A stretch of DNA of 58,697 nucleotides from Deltaproteobacteria bacterium (GCA_016875215.1 VGRX01000004.1:1-58697); one strand, 5' to 3'. Positions 24,501 through 33,445 are shown, numbered from the stretch's first letter. Notes: generated by a model from the sequence alone, not told the origin. Program-made: numbers and translations.

Positions 24501-25055
24501 GGCGGGATCGCAGGGACCCTCACGCTCGCCATGACCGAGGCCGTCGACCAGGCGGCCCTGGTGGCGACCGGAGGACACCTGACCCGGATCCTCCAGGAGA
24601 CCGGGAACGAGGGGTTCAGGAAGCCCATCGAGGATGCGCTCGCCGCCATGGGATACGTGAAGGGCACACCGGAGTACGCCCAGTTCATGGACACGGCCCA
24701 GATGCTGCTCGACCGAGGGGACCCGGTCAACTACGCCCGGCACCTTGTCAGCTCACCGCTGGTCGGTGACAAGAAGAAGCTCTTCATCGGCATGGCCGAG
24801 ACCGACGATTTCATCCCGCATGCGGCCACCCGCGAGCTGGCCTGTGCGGCCCGCGACGGCGTGCAACCCTACTTCAAGGAGTACCCGGTCGAGTGTCACG
24901 GGTTCTTCTACCACCGGTGCGACGGCGGCGCAGGGGCCGATCCCGGGGCCAAGGCGACGGTCGACGACATCCTTGCGTTCTTCGCCCAAGGGGGGGACGG
25001 TTCCAAGATCGCGGATGCCACGAGCGGCGAGTCGCTGCCGTGCGACAACCTGTAG
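21585..25055 (+). CDS. Large surface/periplasmic lipoprotein with C-terminal alpha/beta-hydrolase (lipase/esterase) domain
   Basis: ATG 21585 (AGGAGGA upstream) gives MTRHALSVLALLFLGAAC (lipobox). The C-terminal fold shows LPLVVLQHGLDG, LAIDLPYHGQR and the nucleophile elbow YFVGESLGG. It is followed after 11 nt by a FadL gene. Confidence 0.7.
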   Translation: MTRHALSVLALLFLGAACQNVSVEEAVQVTVAQFDPAPVSPDADHPVLPAIPKPSDLLMAPDPDKNALMRIAFPLQVALTVLGQDEPLVVDAFTTDAAEQLVETYLNTLHGFPTDGGTATSFSGRRIETDPAKDSPITSETVYVLDITGLLRPDTGIPVARVAGFQLLAGPTDDENGITPLSILPPAGQEWQQGRTYAAVVTSGITDEMGDPIRSAYAFNFIKSITPLEKDGRSVCALPDATAVQLETLRLAFAPIFDWLAGDAAGDEKIGRGDIALLWTFSIRPESIVLNDPTRNLFPTPNDIVKTSAAGSQHDCDGNGKPDCIEGNLCFPVDCENDTPVQKAFFQYMNALDGWPASMALSASFSLPVDPATVTSDTVKLQKIGAATPETVFLSLDSSATTLTIVPEGGYEAGASYAAAITTGVMTAGGTFPVTPSTITAVSRLTVPVAVDGKSQLTDLGVADADAVLLEAIRQGIQALIAAAGLADIAPSLAGIWGFTIQSHNEAIFDPTTGTVPFPNDVLMSLDEGGKPVKVAIPVNPAWPDSQKDIVAELNRLDGFSPLAATRTQFLRPLDESSFKWLGAMTDIMGGKGLGDISLGMADVTEVDPAQGVSGMMSLMKPENIYTDGEVRATFENGSLTVRPTGGYPLQAGRRYMLLAFNNAKSKDKGQDGLPLPIEVAPVFFMARSPDPLVDDAGKSNLLTLSDADAQQLEMLRVNYNSIFAALESDMVGVSRDQVLMFWTYTTQTIGTWLVNVVKAELDKHTIGDDPQGSVAEAETAAPDLKHADKVVLEGGHFVAFSALAAPDPAAGNFGRMKISESGVPDFTQYSLPFILALPKEDYYQEPKTQLPLVVLQHGLDGTKEGTLSQFEPFLAAGYAVLAIDLPYHGQRKLPGMENGVPFFSADAVATRDHIVQSALDIYQAIRFAGGTSKNGLNDWLCAKNVVCITTRDGKQVGPIDVNRIYFVGESLGGIAGTLTLAMTEAVDQAALVATGGHLTRILQETGNEGFRKPIEDALAAMGYVKGTPEYAQFMDTAQMLLDRGDPVNYARHLVSSPLVGDKKKLFIGMAETDDFIPHAATRELACAARDGVQPYFKEYPVECHGFFYHRCDGGAGADPGAKATVDDILAFFAQGGDGSKIADATSGESLPCDNL

Positions 25056-25066
25056 GAGGTGCGGAC

Positions 25067-26485
25067 ATGAAGACCTCAGCCCGCCTGTCCGCCTGCCGCT
25101 TCCTCGTGCCCGGAGGGACCGCCATGAGCCTGACCGCTTCGCTTCGAATCCGCCTCGCGACGACACTGCTCGCGCTCGCCCTGCTCCTGCCGGCAACGGT
25201 GCTGGCCGCAGGAATCGAGCTCCAGGAGCAGGATGCCGCGGCCCAGGCCCGGGCGCTCGCGGTCCGCGCCTGGCTCCTCAACCCGTCCACGCTGTTCTAC
25301 AACCCGGCCGGGCTCGCCTACCTGGAGAGCCTCTCGTTCTCCGTCGGCGACACCCTGGTCTTCCCCAACTTCAACTACGAAGACCCCGCCGCGGTCAACC
25401 CCAAGGGAAGCAACATCAACAAGGTGGTGCCGCCTCCGCACGCGTACCTGACCTACGCCCGCGAGATCGGCTTCGGGAGGCTCGGGGTCGGGGCCGGCGT
25501 GAACTTCCCGTTCGGACTGACGCTGGACTGGGGCGACGACTTCGCAGGACGCAACCTGGTGACCAAGTCCGCGCTGAGCATTCCCGAGATCCTTGCCGGG
25601 TTCGGCTACGCCCCCATCCCCGAGGTCTCCATCGGTGCGACCTTCGTCGCGTCTCCTGCCCACGTCTACCTCAAGAAGTTCCTGGGAAAGGAGTTCGGCC
25701 TCCCGGCCGACGACGGGATCCCCATCGAGGACGCCACCGTCGAGATGTCGGGCAGTGGCTGGGGGTTCGGCTTCAACGCAGGCATCCAGGCCCGCCCGCT
25801 TTCCTGGCTCTTTCTCGGAATCAACTACCGCAGCGCCATCCACCTCGGACTCGAAGGCAACGCCCATTTCAACATCGACGGCCTGTCCGACAGGTCCGGC
25901 TTCCCGGACCAGAAGGTCGAGACCGCGTTCGAGCTGCCCCACATCGTCGCGGCCGGAATCGGGGCCCGATTCGGCTCGTTCTACACCGAGCTCGACCTGG
26001 ACTACACCTTCTGGTCGGTGTTCGAGGAGATCCCCCTCACCTTCCCGGAGGACAAGACCGGGGCCCTCTCCCAGAGCGTCCCCGAGGATTGGAAAGACGG
26101 GCTGACCGTCCGCTGGGGCAACGAGTACGCGGTCAGCGACCAGTTCCGGGTCCGCCTCGGCGGCGGCTACGACCAGAGCCCGGCCACGCCCAAGTACCTC
26201 TCCCCCATGCTGCCCGATTCCGACCGCATCTTCCTCATGGCCGGAGCGGGCTACACCTTCGACTTGGGCTTCTCGGTCGACCTGGGCTACGGGTTCACCT
26301 ACTTCCTCCCCCGCGAGGTCTCCGGCCATGCCTGCACCGCAGCGGACCCCGAGTGCCTCGACGCGGACGGCAACCTCGTCCCCTACGCCGCGGACGGCAG
26401 CGTCAACTGGGTCGGCAACCGCTTCCCGGCCCTCTACAACAACTACGCGCAGCTCCTGACCGTCACGCTGGGGATGACCCTGTAG
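25067..26485 (+). CDS. fadL: FadL/TodX-family outer-membrane hydrophobic-compound/long-chain fatty-acid channel
   Basis: Signal peptide, then GIELQEQDAAAQARALAVRAWLLNPSTLFYNPAGLAYL (typical FadL N-terminal hatch) and an alternating beta-strand pattern through to the C-terminus. AGGAGGT lies 6 nt upstream of ATG 25067. Confidence 0.8.
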   Translation: MKTSARLSACRFLVPGGTAMSLTASLRIRLATTLLALALLLPATVLAAGIELQEQDAAAQARALAVRAWLLNPSTLFYNPAGLAYLESLSFSVGDTLVFPNFNYEDPAAVNPKGSNINKVVPPPHAYLTYAREIGFGRLGVGAGVNFPFGLTLDWGDDFAGRNLVTKSALSIPEILAGFGYAPIPEVSIGATFVASPAHVYLKKFLGKEFGLPADDGIPIEDATVEMSGSGWGFGFNAGIQARPLSWLFLGINYRSAIHLGLEGNAHFNIDGLSDRSGFPDQKVETAFELPHIVAAGIGARFGSFYTELDLDYTFWSVFEEIPLTFPEDKTGALSQSVPEDWKDGLTVRWGNEYAVSDQFRVRLGGGYDQSPATPKYLSPMLPDSDRIFLMAGAGYTFDLGFSVDLGYGFTYFLPREVSGHACTAADPECLDADGNLVPYAADGSVNWVGNRFPALYNNYAQLLTVTLGMTL

Positions 26486-26522
26486 GAAGGACGGGACGTG
26501 AACGGCCGGGGCGGAATGGCCA

Positions 26523-26720
26523 CAGGTGCGGAGCGAAGCTCGCCGACCGACTCGCCTCGACCGAACCGCAGGTGCGGTGCGAAGCTCGCTGACCGACTCG
26601 CCTCGACCGAACCGCAGGTGCGGTGCGAAGCTCGCTGACCGACTCGCCTCGACCGAGCCGCAGGTGCGGTGCGAAGCTCGCTGACCGACTCGCCTCGACC
26701 GAACCGCAGGTGCGGTGCGT
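26523..26720. repeat. 46-bp direct tandem repeat, 4 full units + partial fifth, non-coding
   Basis: The unit is caggtgcggtgcgaagctcgctgaccgactcgcctcgaccgaaccg. Unit starts at 26523, 26569, 26615, 26661 and 26707 give a period of 46, not divisible by 3. There are a few single-base variants. It sits between convergent gene ends (fadL stop 26485, sigma stop 26738). Confidence 0.9.
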
Positions 26721-26737
26721 CCGCGACGTGATGAAGA

Positions 26738-28237
26738 TCACGACTCGAGGAACTCTTCGAGGAGGTCACGGCGGCCGGAGGCCCGGAGCTTCTCCAGTGC
26801 CTTGATCTCGATCTGGCGGATTCGCTCACGGGTGAGCTTGAAGCTGCGGCCGACCTCTTCGAGGGTGAACGTCCTCGTCTCGCCGATGCCGAACCGCATG
26901 CGCAGGATCTTTTCTTCCCGCGGGTGCAACGACTTCAGGATGCGGGTCGTCACCTCCTGGAGGCTGCGACTGAGGCAGGAATCCAGCGGGTCTTCCGCAT
27001 TCTCGTTGCGGATGAAGTCCTTCAGCTCGGACGCGTTGTCCCCCACGGGCATGTCGAGCGGCAGCGGATCGTTGGCAAGGTTCAGCGTGCGGGATACCTG
27101 CGACGCGGACAGGCCGCACTTCTGGGCGATCTCCTGGTGCGACGGCTCACGGTCCAGCGACTGCTTGAGGCTCATGCGGGAGCGGTAGATCCGGCCGAAG
27201 TTCTCCACCAGGTGGACCGGCACCCGGATCGCCTTGCCCTGGTCTGCGATGGTCCGGGTGATGCACTGGCGGATCCACCAGGTCGCATAGGTCGAGAACT
27301 TGTGCCCTCGGCGATAGTCGAACTTCTCCACCGCCTTCATCAGGCCGATGTTCCCCTCCTGGATGAGGTCGAGGAGCTGGAGCCCGTGCCCCATGTAGCG
27401 CTTGGCGATGTTGACCACCAGGCGGAGGTTGGCCCGGATCATCCGGGCGCGGGCTCGGTGGCTTCGCTCCTCGCCGTGTGCGATCGTGGCCAGCACCACG
27501 GCCAGGCGCTCGCGGCTCACGCCGAAATGGCGGCGGCAGAGCGCGTTGGCATCCCGGGGGGCCGACAGCGTGCGGGAGCGACGCTGCGGCCGCAGGTCCG
27601 CCACCGGCAGCTTCCCCCTCCGCAGGAACGTCTGAGCAGTCCCGCAGAAATCGGTCGACAGGAGGTGCAGGGAGCGCAACCCCACGGGGCTGTTCTTGAA
27701 CAGGAGGAACAGGGCGGATAGCGTCTCGTCGTCCAGGGCCCGGACCGGCAACGGGTCCCGCGGGTCCTTCATGTCGAGACGGGCCAGCTCCCTTGCCACC
27801 TCCTGCTGGAGCAGCTCCAGCTCTTCCTCGCAGTTGCGGCGCTCGAACGTGACGAAGTCGGTGGTCAGCTCCACGATCTCGTCGGACGAGCGGCTGCCGT
27901 CCAGGAAGTCCTCGAACTGGCGAAAGAGCCGTTCTCGTGCATAGGGTACCGAGAGCAGGGCCCGCAGGCCCTCGATCCGTCCCCCTTCAATCTCCTGGGC
28001 CAGCATTGCCTCCTCCTCGCGGGTGAGGAGGGGCACGGAGCCTATCTTCTTGAGGTAGAGCACGAGAGAGCTGTCGGCCTTCAGCTCCTTGTCCCCCGCA
28101 CGCCCCCCTTCCGGGGGGACGACCACGTACCCCTCCGCACCGGCACACGGCACGGGATCTTCCGGGGCATCCTCTACGAGTCGGAACAGACCGCCTGCTT
28201 CGCTGGGGGACAGGGTAAGCCTCTTGCCGTTGCCCAT
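26738..28237 (-). CDS. RpoD-family (group 1/2) RNA polymerase sigma factor
   Basis: [74 protein letters not shown] (regions 2.1-2.4) and [27 protein letters not shown] (4.2). ATG 28237 has GGAGG 5 nt upstream; the track starts at TTG 28252. Confidence 0.9.
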   Translation of the reverse strand: MGNGKRLTLSPSEAGGLFRLVEDAPEDPVPCAGAEGYVVVPPEGGRAGDKELKADSSLVLYLKKIGSVPLLTREEEAMLAQEIEGGRIEGLRALLSVPYARERLFRQFEDFLDGSRSSDEIVELTTDFVTFERRNCEEELELLQQEVARELARLDMKDPRDPLPVRALDDETLSALFLLFKNSPVGLRSLHLLSTDFCGTAQTFLRRGKLPVADLRPQRRSRTLSAPRDANALCRRHFGVSRERLAVVLATIAHGEERSHRARARMIRANLRLVVNIAKRYMGHGLQLLDLIQEGNIGLMKAVEKFDYRRGHKFSTYATWWIRQCITRTIADQGKAIRVPVHLVENFGRIYRSRMSLKQSLDREPSHQEIAQKCGLSASQVSRTLNLANDPLPLDMPVGDNASELKDFIRNENAEDPLDSCLSRSLQEVTTRILKSLHPREEKILRMRFGIGETRTFTLEEVGRSFKLTRERIRQIEIKALEKLRASGRRDLLEEFLES

Positions 28238-28503
28238 CAGGACCTCCGCCAATGGCAGCCCTCAAGCATGCAAGATTCGTGCCCCAGGCCCGAGCACGGC
28301 AGGAATCACGGAACCAGGCGGAATCACGACGAAATCACACGGAATTCCCCGTGCGCGTGCCCGGGAGACGCGCTCCGGGCGTGTGGAGAATCTCTACTCA
28401 CCCCTGATCCCCATGGCATCCCCGCAGCGCTCCGAACCGCGCGCTCGACCATCCGCTCGCGTCCGCCCCCGTCGAGGGGACGATCCGGGGTCCGCCGTAT
28501 CCC

Positions 28504-28532
28504 CTTTTCTTTTCTTTCCGCTGTGATATACA
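28504..28532 (+). promoter_or_regulatory. Candidate promoter (extended -10 TGaTATACA in a T-rich patch) for ald
   Basis: ccccttttcttttctttccgctgTGaTATACAcac is the only AT-rich patch in the 335-bp divergent intergenic region, about 55 nt upstream of ATG 28588. Confidence 0.3.
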
Positions 28533-28587
28533 CACCCTGCTTCCGGGCGGGGCACGCCGCTGCCGCCCATAACCATGAGGTGGAGTC

Positions 28588-29700
28588 ATGATCATCGGAG
28601 TGCCGAAGGAGATCAAGGTCCAGGAGTACCGTGTGGGGGTCACGCCGGCCGGAGTCCAGAAGCTGTCTTCTGCGGGACACACCGTGCTGGTCCAGAAGGG
28701 GGCCGGGGTGGGAAGCGGTCTGAGCGACGAGGAATACGTCCGCTGGGGCGGCACGGTCGTCGATACCGCGGAGGAGGTCTGGGGACGATCGGAGATGATC
28801 ATCAAGGTCAAGGAGCCGATTGCGCCGGAGTACAAGCTCTTCCGCGAGGGACAGATCATCTACACGTACTTCCACCTGGCCGCAGTGCCGGAGCTGGCCC
28901 CGCACCTGCTCGAGAAGAAGGTCGCGGCCGTAGCGTACGAGACGATTCAGCTCCCCAACGGGAACCTCCCGTTGCTCCAGCCCATGAGCGAGGTCGCAGG
29001 CCGCATGGCCATCCAGGTCGGGGCCAGCTGCCTGGAGAAGGAGCGCGGCGGGAAGGGCGTCCTTCTCGGTGGCGTCCCGGGCGTCCGCCCCGGCAAGGTC
29101 GCGATCATCGGCGGCGGCACGGTCGGAACCCACGCGGCCAAGATGGCCATGGGGACCGGCGCCCAGGTCCGCATCCTCGACGTCAACGTCGACCGGCTGC
29201 GCTACCTCGACGACCTCTACGGAGGCCGCCTGGTCACGCTCTACTCCGACCCGGCCACCATCCGCGACAGCGTGATCTGGTGCGACCTGCTGGTCGGCGC
29301 GGTGCTGGTGACCGGAGCTCGGGCCCCGCTGCTGGTATCCGAGGAGCTCATCGCCCAGATGGAGCCGGGCTCGGTCATCGTCGACGTGGCCGTGGACCAG
29401 GGCGGCTGCATTGCCACCTGCAAGCCCACGACCCACGAGGATCCCACCTATGTCAAGCACGGGGTCATCCACTACTGCGTGGCCAACATGCCCGGTGCGG
29501 TTTCGAGGACCTCGACGTTCGCACTGACCAACGTCACCATCGGTTACGGCGAGCTGCTGGCCAACCTGGGGCTCAAGGGCGCCATCGCGGCCCGCTCCGA
29601 GGTCGCGGGCGGCTTCAACACATACGCCGGCAAGGTCACGCACAAGGCCGTTGCCGAAGCGCTCTCGCTCCCCTACACCCCCCTCTCCGCTCTCCTGTAG
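28588..29700 (+). CDS. ald: Alanine dehydrogenase
   Basis: [64 protein letters not shown] and [11 protein letters not shown] show full-length AlaDH family similarity. Confidence 0.95.
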   Translation: MIIGVPKEIKVQEYRVGVTPAGVQKLSSAGHTVLVQKGAGVGSGLSDEEYVRWGGTVVDTAEEVWGRSEMIIKVKEPIAPEYKLFREGQIIYTYFHLAAVPELAPHLLEKKVAAVAYETIQLPNGNLPLLQPMSEVAGRMAIQVGASCLEKERGGKGVLLGGVPGVRPGKVAIIGGGTVGTHAAKMAMGTGAQVRILDVNVDRLRYLDDLYGGRLVTLYSDPATIRDSVIWCDLLVGAVLVTGARAPLLVSEELIAQMEPGSVIVDVAVDQGGCIATCKPTTHEDPTYVKHGVIHYCVANMPGAVSRTSTFALTNVTIGYGELLANLGLKGAIAARSEVAGGFNTYAGKVTHKAVAEALSLPYTPLSALL

Positions 29701-29780
29701 CTTCCCCTGTCCCATCGGAGTACACTCCCTGGGAATAACCCCCCCAAGGGCCGTGTTGTGTGCGGCGTCGGAGGTGGACG

Positions 29781-30464
29781 GTGCTTCGGTTGCTCAGACC
29801 ACGCAGGCCGGGAAACGGGATCGAGGAGGAGGTTCTCCCCCACCTCGATTCGCTGTACGGTTACGCTCTCTATCTCACCCGGAATCGGAACGAGGCCGAG
29901 GACCTGACGCAGGAATCGATGCTCAAGGCCGTGGCCGCGTTCTCCCAGTACCGGCCCGGGACCAACTGCCGGGCCTGGCTGTTCCGCATTCTCCACAACA
30001 CCTGGCTCAACAAGCTTCGCAAGCGGCACGTGGAGCTCGAGCTGACCGACGCCGCCACTGCGGACCTTGAGGAACGCGAGGATACGCGGGCCTTCGTCCG
30101 CAGCAACCCGAGCCCGGAGGAGAGCCTGGTTTCCCACATGGCCCGGTCCCGGGTCCGGGAGGCGGTGGATTCCCTGCCACCCGAGTTTCGGGCCGTGGTG
30201 GTGCTCGCTGACCTCGAGGAGTTCGCGTACCGCGAGATCGCAGACATCCTCTCCATTCCGATCGGAACGGTCATGAGCCGCCTGCACCGCGGACGGCGGC
30301 TGCTCCGGATCCGCCTCATGGACATGGCCCGGGAGCTCGGCCTCGTCGCCGGACAGACGGCCGCAGAGGCAGCAGACGCGAAAGAGGAGATCGACAACGT
30401 AGCTTTCCTGTCGGCCAGGCGACGCAAGGCCGCAGAGCCGGAATCGTCGGAGGAACTGCCGTGA
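29781..30464 (+). CDS. ECF (RpoE-like) sigma-70 family sigma factor
   Basis: Region 2: YALYLTRNRNEAEDLTQESMLKA, AWLFRILHNTWLNKLRK. Region 4: FRAVVVLADLEEFAYREIADILSIPIGTVMSRLHRGRRLL. GTG 29781 is preceded by GGAGGTGG. Confidence 0.85.
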   Translation: MLRLLRPRRPGNGIEEEVLPHLDSLYGYALYLTRNRNEAEDLTQESMLKAVAAFSQYRPGTNCRAWLFRILHNTWLNKLRKRHVELELTDAATADLEEREDTRAFVRSNPSPEESLVSHMARSRVREAVDSLPPEFRAVVVLADLEEFAYREIADILSIPIGTVMSRLHRGRRLLRIRLMDMARELGLVAGQTAAEAADAKEEIDNVAFLSARRRKAAEPESSEELP

Positions 30465-31249
30465 AGTGCGACGAAACCCGCAGGGTCGCAGACCTCTACC
30501 TGGATTGCGAGTTCGAGGAGCGGGAGCGCGTCCAGGTGGAAGCCCATCTCGCGGAGTGCGAGGAATGCCGCGATCTCTTCCGGGCCCGCCAGGCGTTCGG
30601 CGAGGCACTGCGACGCAAGCTGACCCCCCACCGCGTCCCCGCCGAGGCCCGGAGGCGGCTGACCGCTGCCGCGATGGATGCTTCCCGGACGAGGGCTTTC
30701 TTCCCACACCGCCTCCTGTCCCCGATCCCCATGGCCGCGGCGGCCGTGCTCCTCGTCGCACTGGTCACGGGGGGGGTGTTCCTGCTTCGTCCGAGCCAGG
30801 ACGAGCAGCTCGGAAAGCTGGTGGACGAAGCGATTGCCACCCACGAGGCGTTCCTGCCGCCCGAGATCGTCGGCAGCGCGGAGCAGATCCGCGGCTTCCT
30901 CGCCAGGCAGGGGGAGGCCGACGCCGCCCCACCGCTCAAGGAAGACGGCGCCACGCGCCTGGTGGGCGCCAGGCTCGTGCGGGTCGGAAATGTCCCCGCC
31001 ATCCACTACCGCTACCTGCACCGCGGCCGCGACGTCTCGGTCGTCCAGCTCCCCCACCGCTTCGCCCGCACGCTGCGCCGGGCCGGCGACGCCCTGCCCA
31101 GGGCCGACGTCCAGCAGGCCCGCGTGCTGCTCAACGAAGCCCGTGACGGCCACTCCGTCACCCTCTACGATGCCCCGGGCTTCACCAACACCGTCGTCGG
31201 CGACGTCCCCCAGAACGAGCTCCTCAAGCTCATCCCTGCCAGCCTGTAG
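30461..31249 (+). CDS. Anti-sigma factor with N-terminal zf-HC2 motif and one TM segment
   Basis: HLAECEECRDLF (H-x3-C-x2-C) and the TM segment LLSPIPMAAAAVLLVALVTGGVFLL. The GTGA start/stop overlap with the ECF sigma gene is the classic sigma/anti-sigma arrangement. Confidence 0.75.
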   Translation: MKCDETRRVADLYLDCEFEERERVQVEAHLAECEECRDLFRARQAFGEALRRKLTPHRVPAEARRRLTAAAMDASRTRAFFPHRLLSPIPMAAAAVLLVALVTGGVFLLRPSQDEQLGKLVDEAIATHEAFLPPEIVGSAEQIRGFLARQGEADAAPPLKEDGATRLVGARLVRVGNVPAIHYRYLHRGRDVSVVQLPHRFARTLRRAGDALPRADVQQARVLLNEARDGHSVTLYDAPGFTNTVVGDVPQNELLKLIPASL

Positions 31250-31264
31250 ATCCGAGGTGCTCCG

Positions 31265-33163
31265 CTACTTCAGCAGCTCTTCCATCTCGTCGATGGTGCG
31301 GGCGAAGAGGTCGTAGGTGGACTGGACGATCTCCGGGCTCGTGAAGTCGATGCCCGACTTCTGGAGGATCGAGAGAGGATAGTCGGAGCCGCCGGCCCGC
31401 AGCAGGTTCACGAACTGCTGCACCGCACCCTTCCTTCCTTCCTGGATCCGCTGCGAGAACACGATCGCGGCCATGAGCCCGGTCGAGTACTTGTACACGT
31501 AGAAATTGTAGTAGAAATGCGGGATGTAGGCCCACTCCATCTCGTCGTTCGGATCGATGGTGAAGCCCGGGCCGAAGTACTTCACGATGAGCTCCCGGTA
31601 GATCTCGCCGAGCCGCTCCGCGGTCAGGGCGCCGCCCTTCTCCACCTCGCCGTGGATGAGCTTCTCGAACTCAGCGAACATGGTCTGACGCGTGATCGTC
31701 AGGCGGATGTTCTCGAGCCGCTTGTTCAGCAGCACCAGCCGCTCCTCCTTGCCGGTCGCCTTCTTGAGCAGGTGGGCCAGCAGCATCTCCTCCTGGAACG
31801 TCGATGCGATCTCCGCCAGGAAGATCGGGGCGTCGGCCACCGAGTGCGGCTGAGACTGGCCGGACAGGAAGAAGTGCATGGCATGCCCGAACTCGTGTGC
31901 GGTCGTGAACACGTCGTCCAGCTCGTTCATGTAGTTCAGCAGGACGAACGGGTGCGTGCCGTACACGCCGTTGCAGTACGCTCCACCCTGCTTGGCCTTG
32001 CTGGGATACACGTCGGTCCAACCCGACCCCGGCTCGATCCCCTGCGACAGGATGGCCAGGTAGTCCGCCCCCATCGGTTTGAGGCTGTCCTTCACCAGCG
32101 TGACCGCCTCGGCATACGGGATCTCCTTGCGGAAGTCGGGGAGGAGCGGGTTGTACAGATCATAGTAGTGGATCGCGTCCAGCTTCATCAGCTTCTTGCG
32201 GAGCTCCACGTAGCGGTGCAGCGTCCTGGGCAGATTCGCTGCCGTGGTCGACAGCAGGTTCTCGTAGACCGACACCGGCACGTTGTCCGCATCCAGCGAC
32301 ATCTCCAGGGACGAGGCATACCCACGGGCCTTGGCCTCGAACACCGCGCCCTTGACCGAGGTCGCCAGAGAGGTGGCCAGCGTCATCCGGTAGTCCTTGA
32401 GCGTGGCGAAGTACGCTTCGACCGCGTTCTTGCGCACGTCCCGGCTGAGCGAGCCGCGGTACCGCGGGAAGGTCGCAGGCCCGAGCTTCACCTCGGCGCC
32501 CTGCTCGTCCCTGATCTTCGGGAAGTCCGCCTCCTCCATGAGTGCGTTCATCACGTAGTAGGGGCCGTCCCGCATGGGCAGGGTGAGCGCGACCAGGGCC
32601 TCTTCCCGGGGGGACAGCAGGTGCTGCGCCCGCCGCCTCAGGTCCCCGTACGGATGGTTGAAGCGGGAAAGCTCCGGCTTTTCCTTGACCATCTCCGCCC
32701 AGCGGGCCGTGTCCACCTTCATCAGCTCCGGATCGAAGAACGACGCGGTCTCCTGGATGCGCGCCGACAGCGTCGACACCCGGTCCCTGATCTCCTGGAG
32801 CTTCGGCTGGTCCATCGCCACCGACCAGCTCTGGAACGCATAGGCATCCAGAGCTTCGGTCTCGAGCCTGAGGCCGTCCAGCTTGTCCAGGCAGGCGAAC
32901 GTCTCGGACGCGGACGTGCCCAGCTTTCCCTGACACATCGTCAGCTCCGGGATCTTCCCGGCGAGCGCGTCGAAGCCCTTCTCCCACGCATCGATCCCCG
33001 AGAACAGGACCGCAAGGCTCCACCGGTGGTTCTCCGGGATCTCGGAGCGGGGGGTCTCCGCAGACGGTACCCCCCCGTCCCCGGCCCGACAGGGCACCAC
33101 CGACAAGCACGTCCACGCCGTCACTGCGGCCACCAACGCTTTCAGGAACATCCGATTCCGCAT
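31265..33163 (-). CDS. pepF: Oligoendopeptidase F (M3B family), secreted
   Basis: HEFGHAMH zinc motif and full-length M3B-like sequence. ATG 33163 (GGAGGTGG 5 nt upstream) gives the signal peptide MRNRMFLKALVAAVTAWTCLSVVPCRA. The track ORF continues upstream through the 45-bp repeat array. Confidence 0.9.
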   Translation of the reverse strand: MRNRMFLKALVAAVTAWTCLSVVPCRAGDGGVPSAETPRSEIPENHRWSLAVLFSGIDAWEKGFDALAGKIPELTMCQGKLGTSASETFACLDKLDGLRLETEALDAYAFQSWSVAMDQPKLQEIRDRVSTLSARIQETASFFDPELMKVDTARWAEMVKEKPELSRFNHPYGDLRRRAQHLLSPREEALVALTLPMRDGPYYVMNALMEEADFPKIRDEQGAEVKLGPATFPRYRGSLSRDVRKNAVEAYFATLKDYRMTLATSLATSVKGAVFEAKARGYASSLEMSLDADNVPVSVYENLLSTTAANLPRTLHRYVELRKKLMKLDAIHYYDLYNPLLPDFRKEIPYAEAVTLVKDSLKPMGADYLAILSQGIEPGSGWTDVYPSKAKQGGAYCNGVYGTHPFVLLNYMNELDDVFTTAHEFGHAMHFFLSGQSQPHSVADAPIFLAEIASTFQEEMLLAHLLKKATGKEERLVLLNKRLENIRLTITRQTMFAEFEKLIHGEVEKGGALTAERLGEIYRELIVKYFGPGFTIDPNDEMEWAYIPHFYYNFYVYKYSTGLMAAIVFSQRIQEGRKGAVQQFVNLLRAGGSDYPLSILQKSGIDFTSPEIVQSTYDLFARTIDEMEELLK

Positions 33164-33214
33164 CTTCACCACCTCCATTGTTGTCCCGTTTCCACACCGT
33201 GATTCCGAGCCGCC

Positions 33215-33445
33215 CACGGCACATCTGCACGGCCCCTCCCGCGTGGTCGGGGCTGGGATCACGGCACATCCGCAGGGCCCCTTCCGCGTGGTCGGGGCTG
33301 GGATCACGGCACATCCGCAGGGCCCCTTCCGCGTGGTCGGGGCTGGGATCACGGCACATCTGCACGGCCCCTCCCGCGTGGTCGGGGCTGGGATCACGGC
33401 ACATCTGCACGGCCCCTCCCGCGTGGTCGGGGCTGGGATCACGGC
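33215..33445. repeat. 45-bp direct tandem repeat x5 (+partial), two sequence variants in order A-B-B-A-A
   Basis: Units start at 33215, 33260, 33305, 33350 and 33395. Variant A is cacggcacatctgcacggcccctcccgcgtggtcggggctgggat. Variant B is cacggcacatccgcagggccccttccgcgtggtcggggctgggat. The array lies between the PHP gene stop and the pepF start. Confidence 0.9.

Noticed and set aside
21174-24743. 1189-aa minus-strand ORF antisense to the lipase lipoprotein gene. Similar long antisense or alternate-frame ORFs occur at 15997..17784, 43307..45994, 45435..47762, 49717..51963, 5416..6828 and 6434..8089
   Set aside because: Their translations are dominated by R/G/P/A/V/D/E/H low-complexity sequence with no recognisable motifs. 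Each lies opposite or out of frame to a gene with clear family signatures, an SD and signal peptides.
26523-26720. Possible CRISPR array (regular direct repeats); the same question applies to 33215..33445 and 45563..45701
   Set aside because: The units are contiguous with no unique spacers between them. The periods of 46, 45 and 19 bp are whole-unit tandem repeats. No cas genes are present anywhere in the window.
31265-33442. PepF with a 93-residue N-terminal extension containing 5 x IPAPTTREGPCRCAV
   Set aside because: A strong SD (GGAGGTGG) and a canonical signal peptide begin at ATG 33163. The extension would start at a GTG inside the PHP gene stop region and would bury the signal peptide. 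The repeat is open in several frames, consistent with non-coding GC-rich DNA.
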